Below, piece by piece: positions 10,395 to 19,140 of a stretch of DNA of 22,088 nucleotides. Made by a program: the position numbers and the translations under genes. Within the stretch, counting starts at the first letter, position 1; every line of letters begins with the position of its first letter. Source of the DNA: Candidatus Poribacteria bacterium (GTDB lineage Bacteria > Poribacteria > WGA-4E > UBA9662); NCBI GenBank assembly GCA_046582655.1, contig JAYGDX010000174.1, positions 1-22,088 of the forward strand, given 5' to 3'. A model generated the notes under the pieces. The model worked only from the letters and a program-made list of their open reading frames with translations, made no database searches and was not told the DNA's origin.

Positions 10395-11393
10395 TTATAT
10401 AGCTTGCATCAATCTGGGTAGGATTTCGCCATTGGATTTCCGTTGATCTAACCTGAGCCCAAAACGGTGAGCAATCTGGACAGCCGCCAGATACTCAGGC
10501 ATGGTAACAGCACGATTAATCTCTTCATATTTTTCGCCCGTCACTTTTCCTTCCGGTCGGTACTGAGACATCACATTTACGTAGGTATTGGAATCAACTT
10601 CCTCAGCTAAAAAGCGAAAAATCTCGCTTGTTTGGTCGATCATCCCTGGCATAACAAGGTGTCGAACCAACACTCCCCGACGTGCTAAACCATTTTCGTC
10701 ACACTTCAAGGGACCAACCTGACGATTCATCTCTTGAACTACTCCGCATGCTACATCAGCATAATCTTTGGCTTTCAGATAACGTAGCGACTGTTGGGAA
10801 TCCCAGAGTTTAAAATCCGGCATATAGATATCTACCACGCCATCAAGGAGGTGAAGACTAGTCATTGAATCATACGCCGAAGTATTGTAAACGATTGGCA
10901 ACTTCAGTCCGTCCGTCACTGCCAATACTAACGCTTCTAAAACTTGAGGCACAACATGCTCGGGCGTAACAAAGTTGATGTTGTGACAACCCATATCTTG
11001 TAGTTTAAGCATCATTCCAGCCAACTGGCCAGGCGGGATCGCCGGACCACGATGGACTTGACTGATATCAAAGTTTTGGCAGAACACGCAGCGTCAATTG
11101 CACATAGAAAAGAAAATTGTGCCGCTACCTCTCCAACCACGCAAACAATCTTCCTCCCCAAAATGGGGGAAATAACTTGATACCTGTGCGTAGCGGCCTG
11201 TTTTGCAAGCGGCTGTCTTATCAGCTAACCGGTCCACCCCGCAATCCCGCGGACAGATATAACATCGACCTAATTCTTCCAACGCCTGTTCGACCCGTTG
11301 CTGTAATTCACCTGTGCCATACAATTTCGCATAAGCTGGTTCAAAGCCCATTGACGGCAACAGGTACTCCGACGAAGTAACAGTAGCAACCAT
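10395..11393 (-). pseudogene. PflX-like radical SAM protein interrupted by a single in-frame TGA
   Basis: ORFs 11094-11393 and 10395-11087 are in the same frame and read GSGTIFFSMCN*RCVFCQN, with TGA at 11094-11096 inside CxxxCxxC. Other family motifs: CYICPRDC, HFGEE, HNINFVTP, YMPDFK, VRHLVMPG, MSQYRP. GGAGG SD upstream. Confidence 0.85.
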
Positions 11394-11523
11394 TACGCTT
11401 CACCTCCCAAAGGTCATGCCGTTATGATACCTGGATAAACCTATCAATCATACCATCTCTCATATAGGTTAACAGAAATTCAATAGAGGCGCAGATGAAT
11501 TACAGCAACGGGTCGAACAGGCG
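11283..11523. repeat. Perfect 28-bp inverted repeat (11283-11310 / 11496-11523)
   Basis: cgcctgttcgacccgttgctgtaattca is the reverse complement of tgaattacagcaacgggtcgaacaggcg. The match extends a few bases each side with one mismatch per side. Confidence 0.95.
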
Positions 11524-11624
11524 ATGGTCAACCAATTCATCAGCTATTTGACCAGCTTGGCAGATTAGCACTTATATACAGCGGGGTATTCAGACTGATT
11601 GAAAGGGAAAGTGATTGAACAGGT

Positions 11625-11653
11625 TTGACAAATCAGAGTTGATACTATAGAAT
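11625..11653 (+). promoter_or_regulatory. Sigma70-type promoter for the NHL-repeat gene
   Basis: TTGACA (11625-11630), 17-nt spacer, TAGAAT (11648-11653), 28 nt before the ATG at 11682. Confidence 0.75.
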
Positions 11654-11681
11654 AGGAGGCGGGCTTTTGAGGAGAGATTAA

Positions 11682-12785
11682 ATGGGAACTTGGATGGATC
11701 CTGGAAAAAAGAGTCGCCGTGACTTCATTAAGACAGCAGGTGCGGCAGCACTGACATCTGTCGTTGCACCCACAATCCTTCATTCTGCTGACAAAACAGG
11801 CAAAGGTAACCTTGTTATTGGCACAGATGAGTATCGTTACGAAGTACTCCATGACTGGCCACAGTTGCCCTCCAAGTTCAGCTGGCAGACGACCCACAAC
11901 GTGGCCATTGACGCAGAGGGGTTGCTCTACGTCATCCACGAGGGTAAAGCCAACCTAACTGATCACCCCTCTATCTTTGTGTTTGATCAAAAGGGCAAGT
12001 ATGTCCGTTCCTTCGGCAATCAGTTTCAAGGTGGCGGTCATGGGCTGGAGGTACGTACGGAAGGAAAGGATCAGTTCCTCTACGTTTGCGCCTACCAGCA
12101 AGTCAAGGCCTTTGCCAAGTTGACGCTTACAGGCGAAGTGATCTGGGAGAAGTATGCCCCGATGGACAGTGGAATCTATCGGAAGGACGAGGACACCGTA
12201 CGTGTCAAGCGTTGGGGCCGTGACGCGTTCATGCCGACCAACTTCGCTTTTCTGAATGATGGAGGCTTTCTGCTGGCCGACGGATATGGCTCTTTCTACA
12301 TTCACCGCTACGACAAGGATGGTAACTGGGTATCGAAATTTGGCGGACCAGGTCAGGGTGAGGGCAAGTTTGCAACACCACATGGAATCTGGATTGACCA
12401 GCGGCCAGATCGTCAGGAACATGTGGTCATTTGCGACCGTGCCCATCATACACTACAATACCTCACCTTGGATGGCGAATATATCGAGACTCTCGAAGGC
12501 TACGGCCTACCAGCCAATATCGACACCTGGAAGGATCTGATGCTGGTACCCGAATTGCACGCTCGCCTAAGCATTCTCGACGTTGAGAATAATATCGTTG
12601 CCCGTCTAGGTGGTGACGTCGAGCGGGTAACCGAAAAGGAGAAAGACATCCGCAGCAATCCCAACAAGTGGGAGAAAGGCAAGTTCGTTCATCCGCATGA
12701 TGCCTGTTTCGACACCGAGGGTAACATCTACGTTGCCGAGTGGGTGGCCACCGGCCGGATCACCAAATTACGTCACCTCAGCTAA
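11682..12785 (+). CDS. Tat-exported NHL-repeat six-bladed beta-propeller, peptidylglycine monooxygenase/PAL-like
   Basis: Twin-arginine signal 'SRRDFIK' followed by a hydrophobic stretch. NHL-like repeats 'HNVAID', 'GGGHG', 'LADGYG', 'FATPHGIWID' and 'FVHPHDACFDTEGNIYVAEW'. GAGGAG SD. Confidence 0.85.
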   Translation: MGTWMDPGKKSRRDFIKTAGAAALTSVVAPTILHSADKTGKGNLVIGTDEYRYEVLHDWPQLPSKFSWQTTHNVAIDAEGLLYVIHEGKANLTDHPSIFVFDQKGKYVRSFGNQFQGGGHGLEVRTEGKDQFLYVCAYQQVKAFAKLTLTGEVIWEKYAPMDSGIYRKDEDTVRVKRWGRDAFMPTNFAFLNDGGFLLADGYGSFYIHRYDKDGNWVSKFGGPGQGEGKFATPHGIWIDQRPDRQEHVVICDRAHHTLQYLTLDGEYIETLEGYGLPANIDTWKDLMLVPELHARLSILDVENNIVARLGGDVERVTEKEKDIRSNPNKWEKGKFVHPHDACFDTEGNIYVAEWVATGRITKLRHLS

Positions 12786-12920
12786 AATTAAGAAGCAATA
12801 TTCCAGTCAGTTTTGTATTGTACGAATCCCTGTTTGATCAGTTTTTGCTCGAGTATATTTCAGATCAGAACTTTGTTGTTGTATTATCATCGCCCAATTT
12901 AGCTCGTTAAGGAGTTCAAT

Positions 12921-13205
12921 ATGCCAGTTTATTACTTAGAGGATTTAAATGAAGGAGAGATTGATAACAAATACCTTGCCATTGTTCTCGCAACAAAGCG
13001 TGCCCGCCAACTGAACAAAAAGAGCTTTGAGCAGTTGAATCCAAGTACAAAAAGAGCGGCTTCTATCGCTCTTGATGAGTTGTTTTCAGGGAGAATTCAG
13101 TTTCGTGAAGGAGTTGAAACTATTCAGGAAACCGATGATGAACTATCTCTCGATTATTTAATGTCTATGAATTCTTACGATGATGTAGCAGACGATGACA
13201 GCTAG
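12921..13205 (+). CDS. rpoZ: DNA-directed RNA polymerase subunit omega
   Basis: 94 aa with omega signatures 'NKYLAIVLATKRARQL' and 'IALDELFSGRI'. TAAGGAG SD. Acidic C-terminal tail. Confidence 0.88.
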   Translation: MPVYYLEDLNEGEIDNKYLAIVLATKRARQLNKKSFEQLNPSTKRAASIALDELFSGRIQFREGVETIQETDDELSLDYLMSMNSYDDVADDDS

Positions 13206-13444
13206 AAAAAATTAAAATCTAGCTGTATTACCTCCGCTTTCTCCAGCACACAACTGAGGAAGCAATAGCCCCTAGCGCTAATGGAGCCATTGGTCACATT
13301 AGATCTACTCAGATGCCTAACTCGCGCTGATCAGGGCAGATTCGGGGAAATTGCTTTCTAACCCGCGTAAATGTTTGCGTCCCTTCATCTGCTAGCTCCG
13401 TTGCCAAAGACTTACATTCCGTAGATCTACTATCAGGGTTCATA

Positions 13445-14761
13445 CTATGTGAACTCCGGCAGATACGCAGCTTGACGAGCCAGCAACTCTTCCATCATTT
13501 GTTCAGCGCGACTGGGACTATCAACCGTGGGTTCGAGCAACAGGGCTGATAGGAAAGCCCGTTTCGATCTTTCCGCATAAGCTTCCACCAGCAAGTTCTG
13601 GATAGAGATCTGCTGTCGACACATGGCAGCGATTCCTTCCGGCAAGGAACCAACTTTAATCGGGTGAATACCATTACCATCGACCTTGACAGGCACTTCC
13701 ACAATGGCGTCTTCCGGCAGGTTACTGACATATTTTTCCGTGTTCGGAACATTCAAACCGGCAAAACGAGCAGACTGATCAAGCTCAATGGCACAAATAA
13801 TGGGCACAGCCGCCTCGGTGGTTGGTGCCGCCAATGATTCCGTCATCGGTGCTTGACGGTCAGCGACCTGTTGAATCTCCTGCCAGGCAGGCAGGAAAGC
13901 GCCATCTCCCGTTTCCCGAACCCTGACATGACGGCACCGGTAGTTTTCGAACTTGGGGCCTATCATATCGTAAGCAAACCCCACGTACTCACCAATATGG
14001 CTATCGAAAGGAAAGGTCAGACGACCGAAAGTCTGATGAAGAAATCGTGCCAGCGGCTGGACGACGGTTTCATCCTCAGCAATGGCTTGATCTAAAGCCG
14101 ACATCATATCCATACCAGTCGTTACATCTTTGACTCCTAACACCCAATGAAAATGATTAATCCCACCGATCAAGAACTCCAAATCATCAGGACTCTTGCC
14201 CATTATCCTTGAAGCAACTTCGCAGGTCCCCTGAGTACCATGACAAATACCGATGGCATTCAACTTGGTCAATTTGCTGACAGCCAAGCAGATCCGACTT
14301 TCCGGATTAGTGAAGTTCAGAACTAGAGCTTGGGGACAGACCTTTTCCACATCCTTGATGATCGGCATCATCAGATGGGTACTGCGCAAGGTATGAAAAG
14401 CTGCGCCCGGACCACCGTTTTCGCCGTAGATGTGCCGGAACCCGTAGGTGAGCGGTGTATAGAAGTCCTGTTCCCAGAGAGTGATTCGGTCTCTAGCCAC
14501 ACAGGTAATCACATAGTCGGCATCACAGAATGCCTGACAGCGGTCGGTGGTAGCCTCGATCCGGGTTGGTACTCGGCGGTACTCTTTCAGCACTTCCGAG
14601 AAATGATACATTCGATCTAAAGCGGCCTGCTCGACATCTACCAGCACCAATTTCAGTTCGGTCTTCTGATTCAACTTAGTGCTGGCCAACACATCAGCAA
14701 TAGCGGCTCGACCGAAGGACCCACTTCCCGCACCAACGATGACAACTTTGACTTTCTTCAT
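13445..14761 (-). CDS. Family 4 glycoside hydrolase (NAD+/Mn2+-dependent alpha-galactosidase/alpha-glucosidase)
   Basis: Motifs 'VGAGS', 'GENGGPG', 'NFTNP', 'GICHG', 'GINHFHW' and 'NLPEDAIVEVP'. AGGAG SD. Confidence 0.93.
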   Translation of the reverse strand: MKKVKVVIVGAGSGSFGRAAIADVLASTKLNQKTELKLVLVDVEQAALDRMYHFSEVLKEYRRVPTRIEATTDRCQAFCDADYVITCVARDRITLWEQDFYTPLTYGFRHIYGENGGPGAAFHTLRSTHLMMPIIKDVEKVCPQALVLNFTNPESRICLAVSKLTKLNAIGICHGTQGTCEVASRIMGKSPDDLEFLIGGINHFHWVLGVKDVTTGMDMMSALDQAIAEDETVVQPLARFLHQTFGRLTFPFDSHIGEYVGFAYDMIGPKFENYRCRHVRVRETGDGAFLPAWQEIQQVADRQAPMTESLAAPTTEAAVPIICAIELDQSARFAGLNVPNTEKYVSNLPEDAIVEVPVKVDGNGIHPIKVGSLPEGIAAMCRQQISIQNLLVEAYAERSKRAFLSALLLEPTVDSPSRAEQMMEELLARQAAYLPEFT

Positions 14762-14873
14762 TTTAAACTATCTCCTCACGACTCTAGTTCTGCCGTTATG
14801 TTCCCCAATTTGAAAGAGCCTCACTTTGTTAACAACAAAACGGTGAGATGAGACCAAATCAACTGAATCACGC

Positions 14874-14903
14874 ATTCTAGCACGATAAGAGTTTCAACGT
14901 AAA
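14874..14903 (-). promoter_or_regulatory. Putative sigma70 promoter with extended -10 for the GH4 gene
   Basis: Minus strand TTTACG, 18-nt spacer, TAGAAT preceded by TGc. Confidence 0.4.
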
Positions 14904-15025
14904 GAGGAAGGAGAATGCCATGTTTCCAATATGATGACGACAGGGCCGCAGATCACGGTGTTACTAGCTGAGGACAGGATTTTTTGTCAAGCCGAACCAT
15001 TTTTTCATTTTTTTTCAAAAAAGCC

Positions 15026-15052
15026 TTAAGTATTTTCCTATCCTGACGATAT
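15026..15052 (+). promoter_or_regulatory. Sigma28 (FliA/SigD)-type promoter of the flagellin locus
   Basis: TTAAGTAT-N11-GACGATAT versus consensus TAAAGTTT-N11-GCCGATAA: 6/8 and 6/8 matches with exact spacing. Preceded by an A/T-rich tract and about 90 nt upstream of the flagellin ATG. Confidence 0.7.
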
Positions 15053-15060
15053 ATAATCAG

Positions 15061-15136
15061 CTTGATTGAGCGTAGGAACTCAATTAAGACAGTTACAACA
15101 CACAAACAACAACAGATTCAAAAACATTAGGAGAAA
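15061..15136 (+). promoter_or_regulatory. Flagellin 5' leader with CsrA-type sites
   Basis: Hairpin cttgattgag-[cgtaGGAa]-ctcaattaag (15061-15088) presents GGA in its loop. A second GGA lies in the SD ttaGGAga (15127-15134). This is the same arrangement as CsrA-regulated flagellin leaders such as B. subtilis hag. Confidence 0.55.
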
Positions 15137-15141
15137 TTAAA

Positions 15142-16044
15142 ATGAACTCTTTCAGACTTTAAAGTAACCCGACCTCGACTTTCGCTTACAGTCAACTCAA
15201 CAAAACACAAGCACTACTTAAAAAAATATTCAACGACTCTCTTCCGGTCTGCGCATCAACAGCGCAGCCGACGATACCACTGGTTCAGCCATGGCTACCC
15301 GTATGACTAACCAGATTCGCGGTATGCATCAAGCCAATAAAAACTCTCGCGATGCCAATAACCTCTTAGCTACGGCAGAAGCCGGGTTGAACGATATTAG
15401 TGATTTACTGGCATAGATGAGGGAACTGGCAGTTCAGGCCGCTACCGATACATTCAACGATACTGATCGAGCTAGTATCGATTTGGAATTCCAGTCCCTG
15501 AAAGATGAATTGACGCGAATTGCCAGCGTAACGGAACATGAACGGTATGAATCTTCTTAATGGAACTTATCAAACAGGTGGCGTCTACGATCAGGTTCAA
15601 CCAGGTACCTTATGATGAGAATGGTAACGCTGACGATCTAAGAGGGCACTGGCGGATCCAGATTGGTGCCGATAACGATGTCGATAGCCAACACGAATTC
15701 AGTATTATGAACGCCACCGATGTGGGATTGGGCATCAGGATAACGACGTGCTGACGGTGGATAAGGCTAGAACAGCAGTCACTGCCTTGGATGAGGCCAT
15801 AGATGAAGTTAACTGGGAACGCAGTTATATCGGTTCGGAACAGAACAAGTTGCAGTTCACAATGTCCAACTTGACCAGCACTGTCAATAGCATTGAAACA
15901 GCCCGTTCCAATATAGAAGACGTGGATTATGCCTTAGAAATGTCGGAATTAGCCAAGAACCAGATACTGGTGCAACCAGGTACAGCCATGTTAGTGCAAG
16001 CCAACATGGTTTCGCAGAACATTCTGCAACTGCTGAGTAACTAG
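15142..16044 (+). pseudogene. fliC: Flagellin pseudogene (about 300 codons)
   Basis: Reconstructed as MNSFRL*SN...IQRLSSGLRINSAADD...TAEAGLNDISDLLA*MRELAVQAATDT...ELTRIA...NGMNLLNG...IQIGADN...ARSNIEDVDYALEMSELAKNQILVQPGTAMLVQAN. Stops at 15160 and 15414; frameshifts near 15220-15226 (A7 run), 15540, 15600 and 15737. Confidence 0.95.
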
Positions 16045-16130
16045 TTTTTGTATTACTTGTTGTCGTAGCAGCTGTTTTGCTAACTCCTACTAGACGAAAC
16101 GGTGTTTTCTCCTAATATGTTGTTGTGTAG

Positions 16131-16167
16131 AAAAGGGATCTGTTACCCAAACAGATCCCTTTTTTTT
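16131..16167 (+). terminator. Intrinsic terminator, probably bidirectional
   Basis: aaaagggatctgtt-accca-aacagatcccttttttttt: 14-bp stem with U-tract, located between convergent genes. Confidence 0.9.
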
Positions 16168-16265
16168 ATTCTGTATTCACCTGCAGGAAGGGTCTGTCAG
16201 TGGAGATCGGAACTGCCCGGTTCGGTGTCATCGGCTAGTCGGCTTGGCAGTGGATTTAGACTATA

Positions 16266-18218
16266 CTAACCCACCTTCTCGATGGTACACCCACGCCAAA
16301 TCCAATATGCATCCACACCTTTATCAAGGGAATGGATGACCAGTGTTAAACGATTGTTGCTGGTCTCTACCTGCTCAATTTTTTCCACTATCGCTTGGTT
16401 CATGGGGACAATGACCGGAGCCCCCAAACGCTTCCCATTGGCATAAAGACTAATTCGATGGGACCGAACCATATCCGATTGAAATTGAAAGCGTATGCGA
16501 TACTTACCATTGGGCAGATCAATGACAAAAGCCGCGTCTTCCGAATCTCGGACACCGCCATCGAATACTTGCCTTGGTGAAAGCGTATCCCAACCGTAAC
16601 CGCCGGGTCTATAACGTAAGCCCGGTGGCACTAGATAGGTGCCGGGTTGAGGATTCTGTAAATCACCCATGGTAAACTGCATCATTCCGGTTTCTGTGGC
16701 CAGTTGATCCCACACCCTTTCTTTGGCTGGAGCAAATAGTTTGTGTCGCAATACTTTTAAGGAGCCGCGGGAATAGATCAAATCATAATCCTGAAGAAAG
16801 GGTCTTAAATTCTGGCTGTCTTTAGCTAAGTTCCAACCGATCCGATACGGGATGGGGTCACCATCATAGTGATCTCGGTTGTTGTTACCTTTAAAGTTGA
16901 CAGGGAAGTAATCAAACGCCGCTTCATAATTATGGATGTAAGCACGATCTCCACTAAATCCGTAGGAAACGAAGCCGTTAAAGTAAGGAAGCGCGTATTT
17001 GGTCAAAGCTCCCCAGTGATCAGCGTCTAATCGTTTAAATATAGTGTGATCAGGCAGTTCCATCACTCGGGCGAATTCTGACATTTCGCGGTTATAAACA
17101 GACATATCGCGACAGGTATATCCTAGGTGAATCAGTGACAGTAAAATCCAACAGCCTGCTATGATATGTTTAATAATTCGATGGAAACGCGTTGTCAACC
17201 AAGGTAAGAGCAGTGGTACAAGGAAAAGGTGTATGCGTTCGTTAATCCAGCCTCCGGAACCAACAAACCTTGGTAAATTGCAAAATAGCAACAGAAAAAT
17301 CACAGCCATAAGCAGAAAAATATCCTTTTCCAGAATTGGAGTCCGCCTTCGGATTAAGTTAGTTAAGGTTTTGTCGGTCCATATGGTATAAAGAATTAGG
17401 GTCACGACCAATCCTAGCAGAACCAGATTAGCCCACAAGAAGTCATCGTTAAATACGAGTAGAGACCTATTTTTCCACAAGTATTCCCAGATCCATCCGC
17501 TGGACTCATATTGGGGCAACGCCCCCTGCGTGCTATCCAGCAGATAATTGAATAACAGGAATCCGGCAGGCATCATGTATCCGACACAGACGATCATCGG
17601 TTTAAGGCATCGAAGTGTTAAAATAGCACTGACGGCAATGACCATCAGTGTCAGCGCGTAGGAAACAATATGACAAAAATAGAGTAAGATCAGCATTAAG
17701 TACAAAACACCAATCTGTTCAGCAGCCATGGCATGCCGATTGCGCCACCAGTAACCTATGACGATGAAAAACAAAGCAAAACTTAGAGCAAAATTATAAA
17801 AACCCATATGCAATAAGTAATGGTAAGAAAAAAGAAACCCCAACCAAGCATTAAAGGTACTTTCGTGATCAATACTTCGTGAAAAATAGAGGAACGCTAA
17901 AGGGACACCAGCTACACAGAGCGTCAACAATAATTTTTCCGCTATCAGAGGTGGAACGATAAACATCAATCCTGCCATCAGCAGATGTGATATCCAGTTA
18001 GGAAAGAAAGTTAGATTAAGTTGGAAAATTTCGCGTGTTTTGTAGAATCCCGGATGGTGATAGGATTTGAGTATATAAGCATTGTAGACATGGTTCATAC
18101 CGTCTTGTGATGGGAAATAACGGTATATCCAGATGGGTAAGAGATGAAGAATCAGTAGGGCAAGAAACAAATGCTTAAAGGAAAGAATGTATAAAGAATT
18201 GTGTGGTGAGAGTTTCAT
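16266..18218 (-). CDS. Polytopic membrane protein with soluble C-terminal domain, possibly GT-C-fold glycosyltransferase-like
   Basis: 650 aa. About 10 hydrophobic segments in the first ~370 aa, a 'FPSQDGMNH' acidic loop after the first helix, and a beta-rich C-terminal domain ('FVIDLPNGKYRIRF'). Function is inferred. Confidence 0.6.
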   Translation of the reverse strand: MKLSPHNSLYILSFKHLFLALLILHLLPIWIYRYFPSQDGMNHVYNAYILKSYHHPGFYKTREIFQLNLTFFPNWISHLLMAGLMFIVPPLIAEKLLLTLCVAGVPLAFLYFSRSIDHESTFNAWLGFLFSYHYLLHMGFYNFALSFALFFIVIGYWWRNRHAMAAEQIGVLYLMLILLYFCHIVSYALTLMVIAVSAILTLRCLKPMIVCVGYMMPAGFLLFNYLLDSTQGALPQYESSGWIWEYLWKNRSLLVFNDDFLWANLVLLGLVVTLILYTIWTDKTLTNLIRRRTPILEKDIFLLMAVIFLLLFCNLPRFVGSGGWINERIHLFLVPLLLPWLTTRFHRIIKHIIAGCWILLSLIHLGYTCRDMSVYNREMSEFARVMELPDHTIFKRLDADHWGALTKYALPYFNGFVSYGFSGDRAYIHNYEAAFDYFPVNFKGNNNRDHYDGDPIPYRIGWNLAKDSQNLRPFLQDYDLIYSRGSLKVLRHKLFAPAKERVWDQLATETGMMQFTMGDLQNPQPGTYLVPPGLRYRPGGYGWDTLSPRQVFDGGVRDSEDAAFVIDLPNGKYRIRFQFQSDMVRSHRISLYANGKRLGAPVIVPMNQAIVEKIEQVETSNNRLTLVIHSLDKGVDAYWIWRGCTIEKVG

Positions 18219-18532
18219 TCTGTTTTATATCCGGGTATAATATTTTTCTCCGTACCATGCAATCGGCCATTATATCACGTTGCCACTGGTGATAAATCGA
18301 AGTAGCTGAATTTGGTTTGATCGAGCCAAGCAGAACTAGACGGATGAATCATTCTAGTACGACTGATGTTGAAAGGTCTGAGTCTATCCCTCATTGATTC
18401 AACTTTTGAAAGTGTTCGAAATTCTGACCTGCTGTGCTAAACGATTTTGTTCGATTTAATTGAATTCTCACGATTTCAGCTTCAGGATCGCTGTAATGCT
18501 TAAGTCTCGAATCAATCGCACGAAGGTTACCT

Positions 18533-19091
18533 ATGCTAGACATCGGCATCTTCGCTCCCTTCAGAACGGATCACGATCACAACCTTGACTTCTGTCAGGA
18601 ACTGATATTCATCACATTGTGCTGGGTGCTGTAGGAATTGCCGGTGAAGGTACCACATCCCTTCAATCAGCACGTTGGATTTGGTCCATACCTACTCCAC
18701 GAGAGATGTAACTCTGGCCGCGCTGATTAACTAGGGGGCCTTCTCTAATCTTGAGGTATGAAGAAAAGAGCTGGACGCTATCGGCGGTATCATTGAAGGT
18801 ATGTCTGACGCCGGTGTTCCCTTCTTCATCTTCACCTCTACCTTAATGTCGATCCCACCCCGTTCGGTTCAACCGAGGAAGAACGACTGTTAGGAGTCTT
18901 AACCGAAGTCTACAGAGAGTTGATGGACTTCGCCGGGAAGTTGATATGATGGATCCTATCAGAACACTCAAGCAAATCGACTACCAGAAGATCTACCTGG
19001 GATACTTTCCTCCTATTGCCGGAGATTCTGCGGTGGGGTTGGCTGGACGATCGGCTATATTCATACCTTAGATCAAGCAATCAAAGTATGA
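18533..19091 (+). pseudogene. Degraded mannonate dehydratase (UxuA)-like / xylose-isomerase-fold gene
   Basis: Joined frames read MLDIGIFAPF..NLDFCQEL/DIHHIVL...RKELDAIGGIIEGMSDAGVP...LTEVYRELMDFA/GEVDMMDPIRTLKQIDY...PPIAGDS/GWTIGYIHTLDQAIKV*. These resemble UxuA-like N- and C-terminal motifs. Several stops and frameshifts plus an apparent internal deletion. Confidence 0.6.
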
Positions 19092-19140
19092 ATCAGGTTG
19101 ACAGCCGAAATACGCAACAGCTTACTGGTCGAGGCACTCT

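Noticed and set aside
11094..11096. Selenocysteine or alternative genetic code at the radical SAM TGA
   Set aside because: The TGA is not at a Cys position, no clear SECIS hairpin follows it, and intact genes here terminate with TGA (5838, 7653, 7819).
11483..11600. Lysine riboswitch suggested by AGAGGCGC
   Set aside because: The other conserved elements are not evident in proper arrangement, the following bases are explained by the inverted repeat, and the downstream gene has its own promoter and no lysine link.
13309..13443. 44-codon minus-strand ORF (MNPDSRSTEC...) starting right after the GH4 stop
   Set aside because: Short, with no SD and no recognisable motif. It cannot be distinguished from chance or a relic.
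15220..15226. Phase variation of flagellin via the A7 tract
   Set aside because: Five other independent lesions mean that slippage could not restore the protein.
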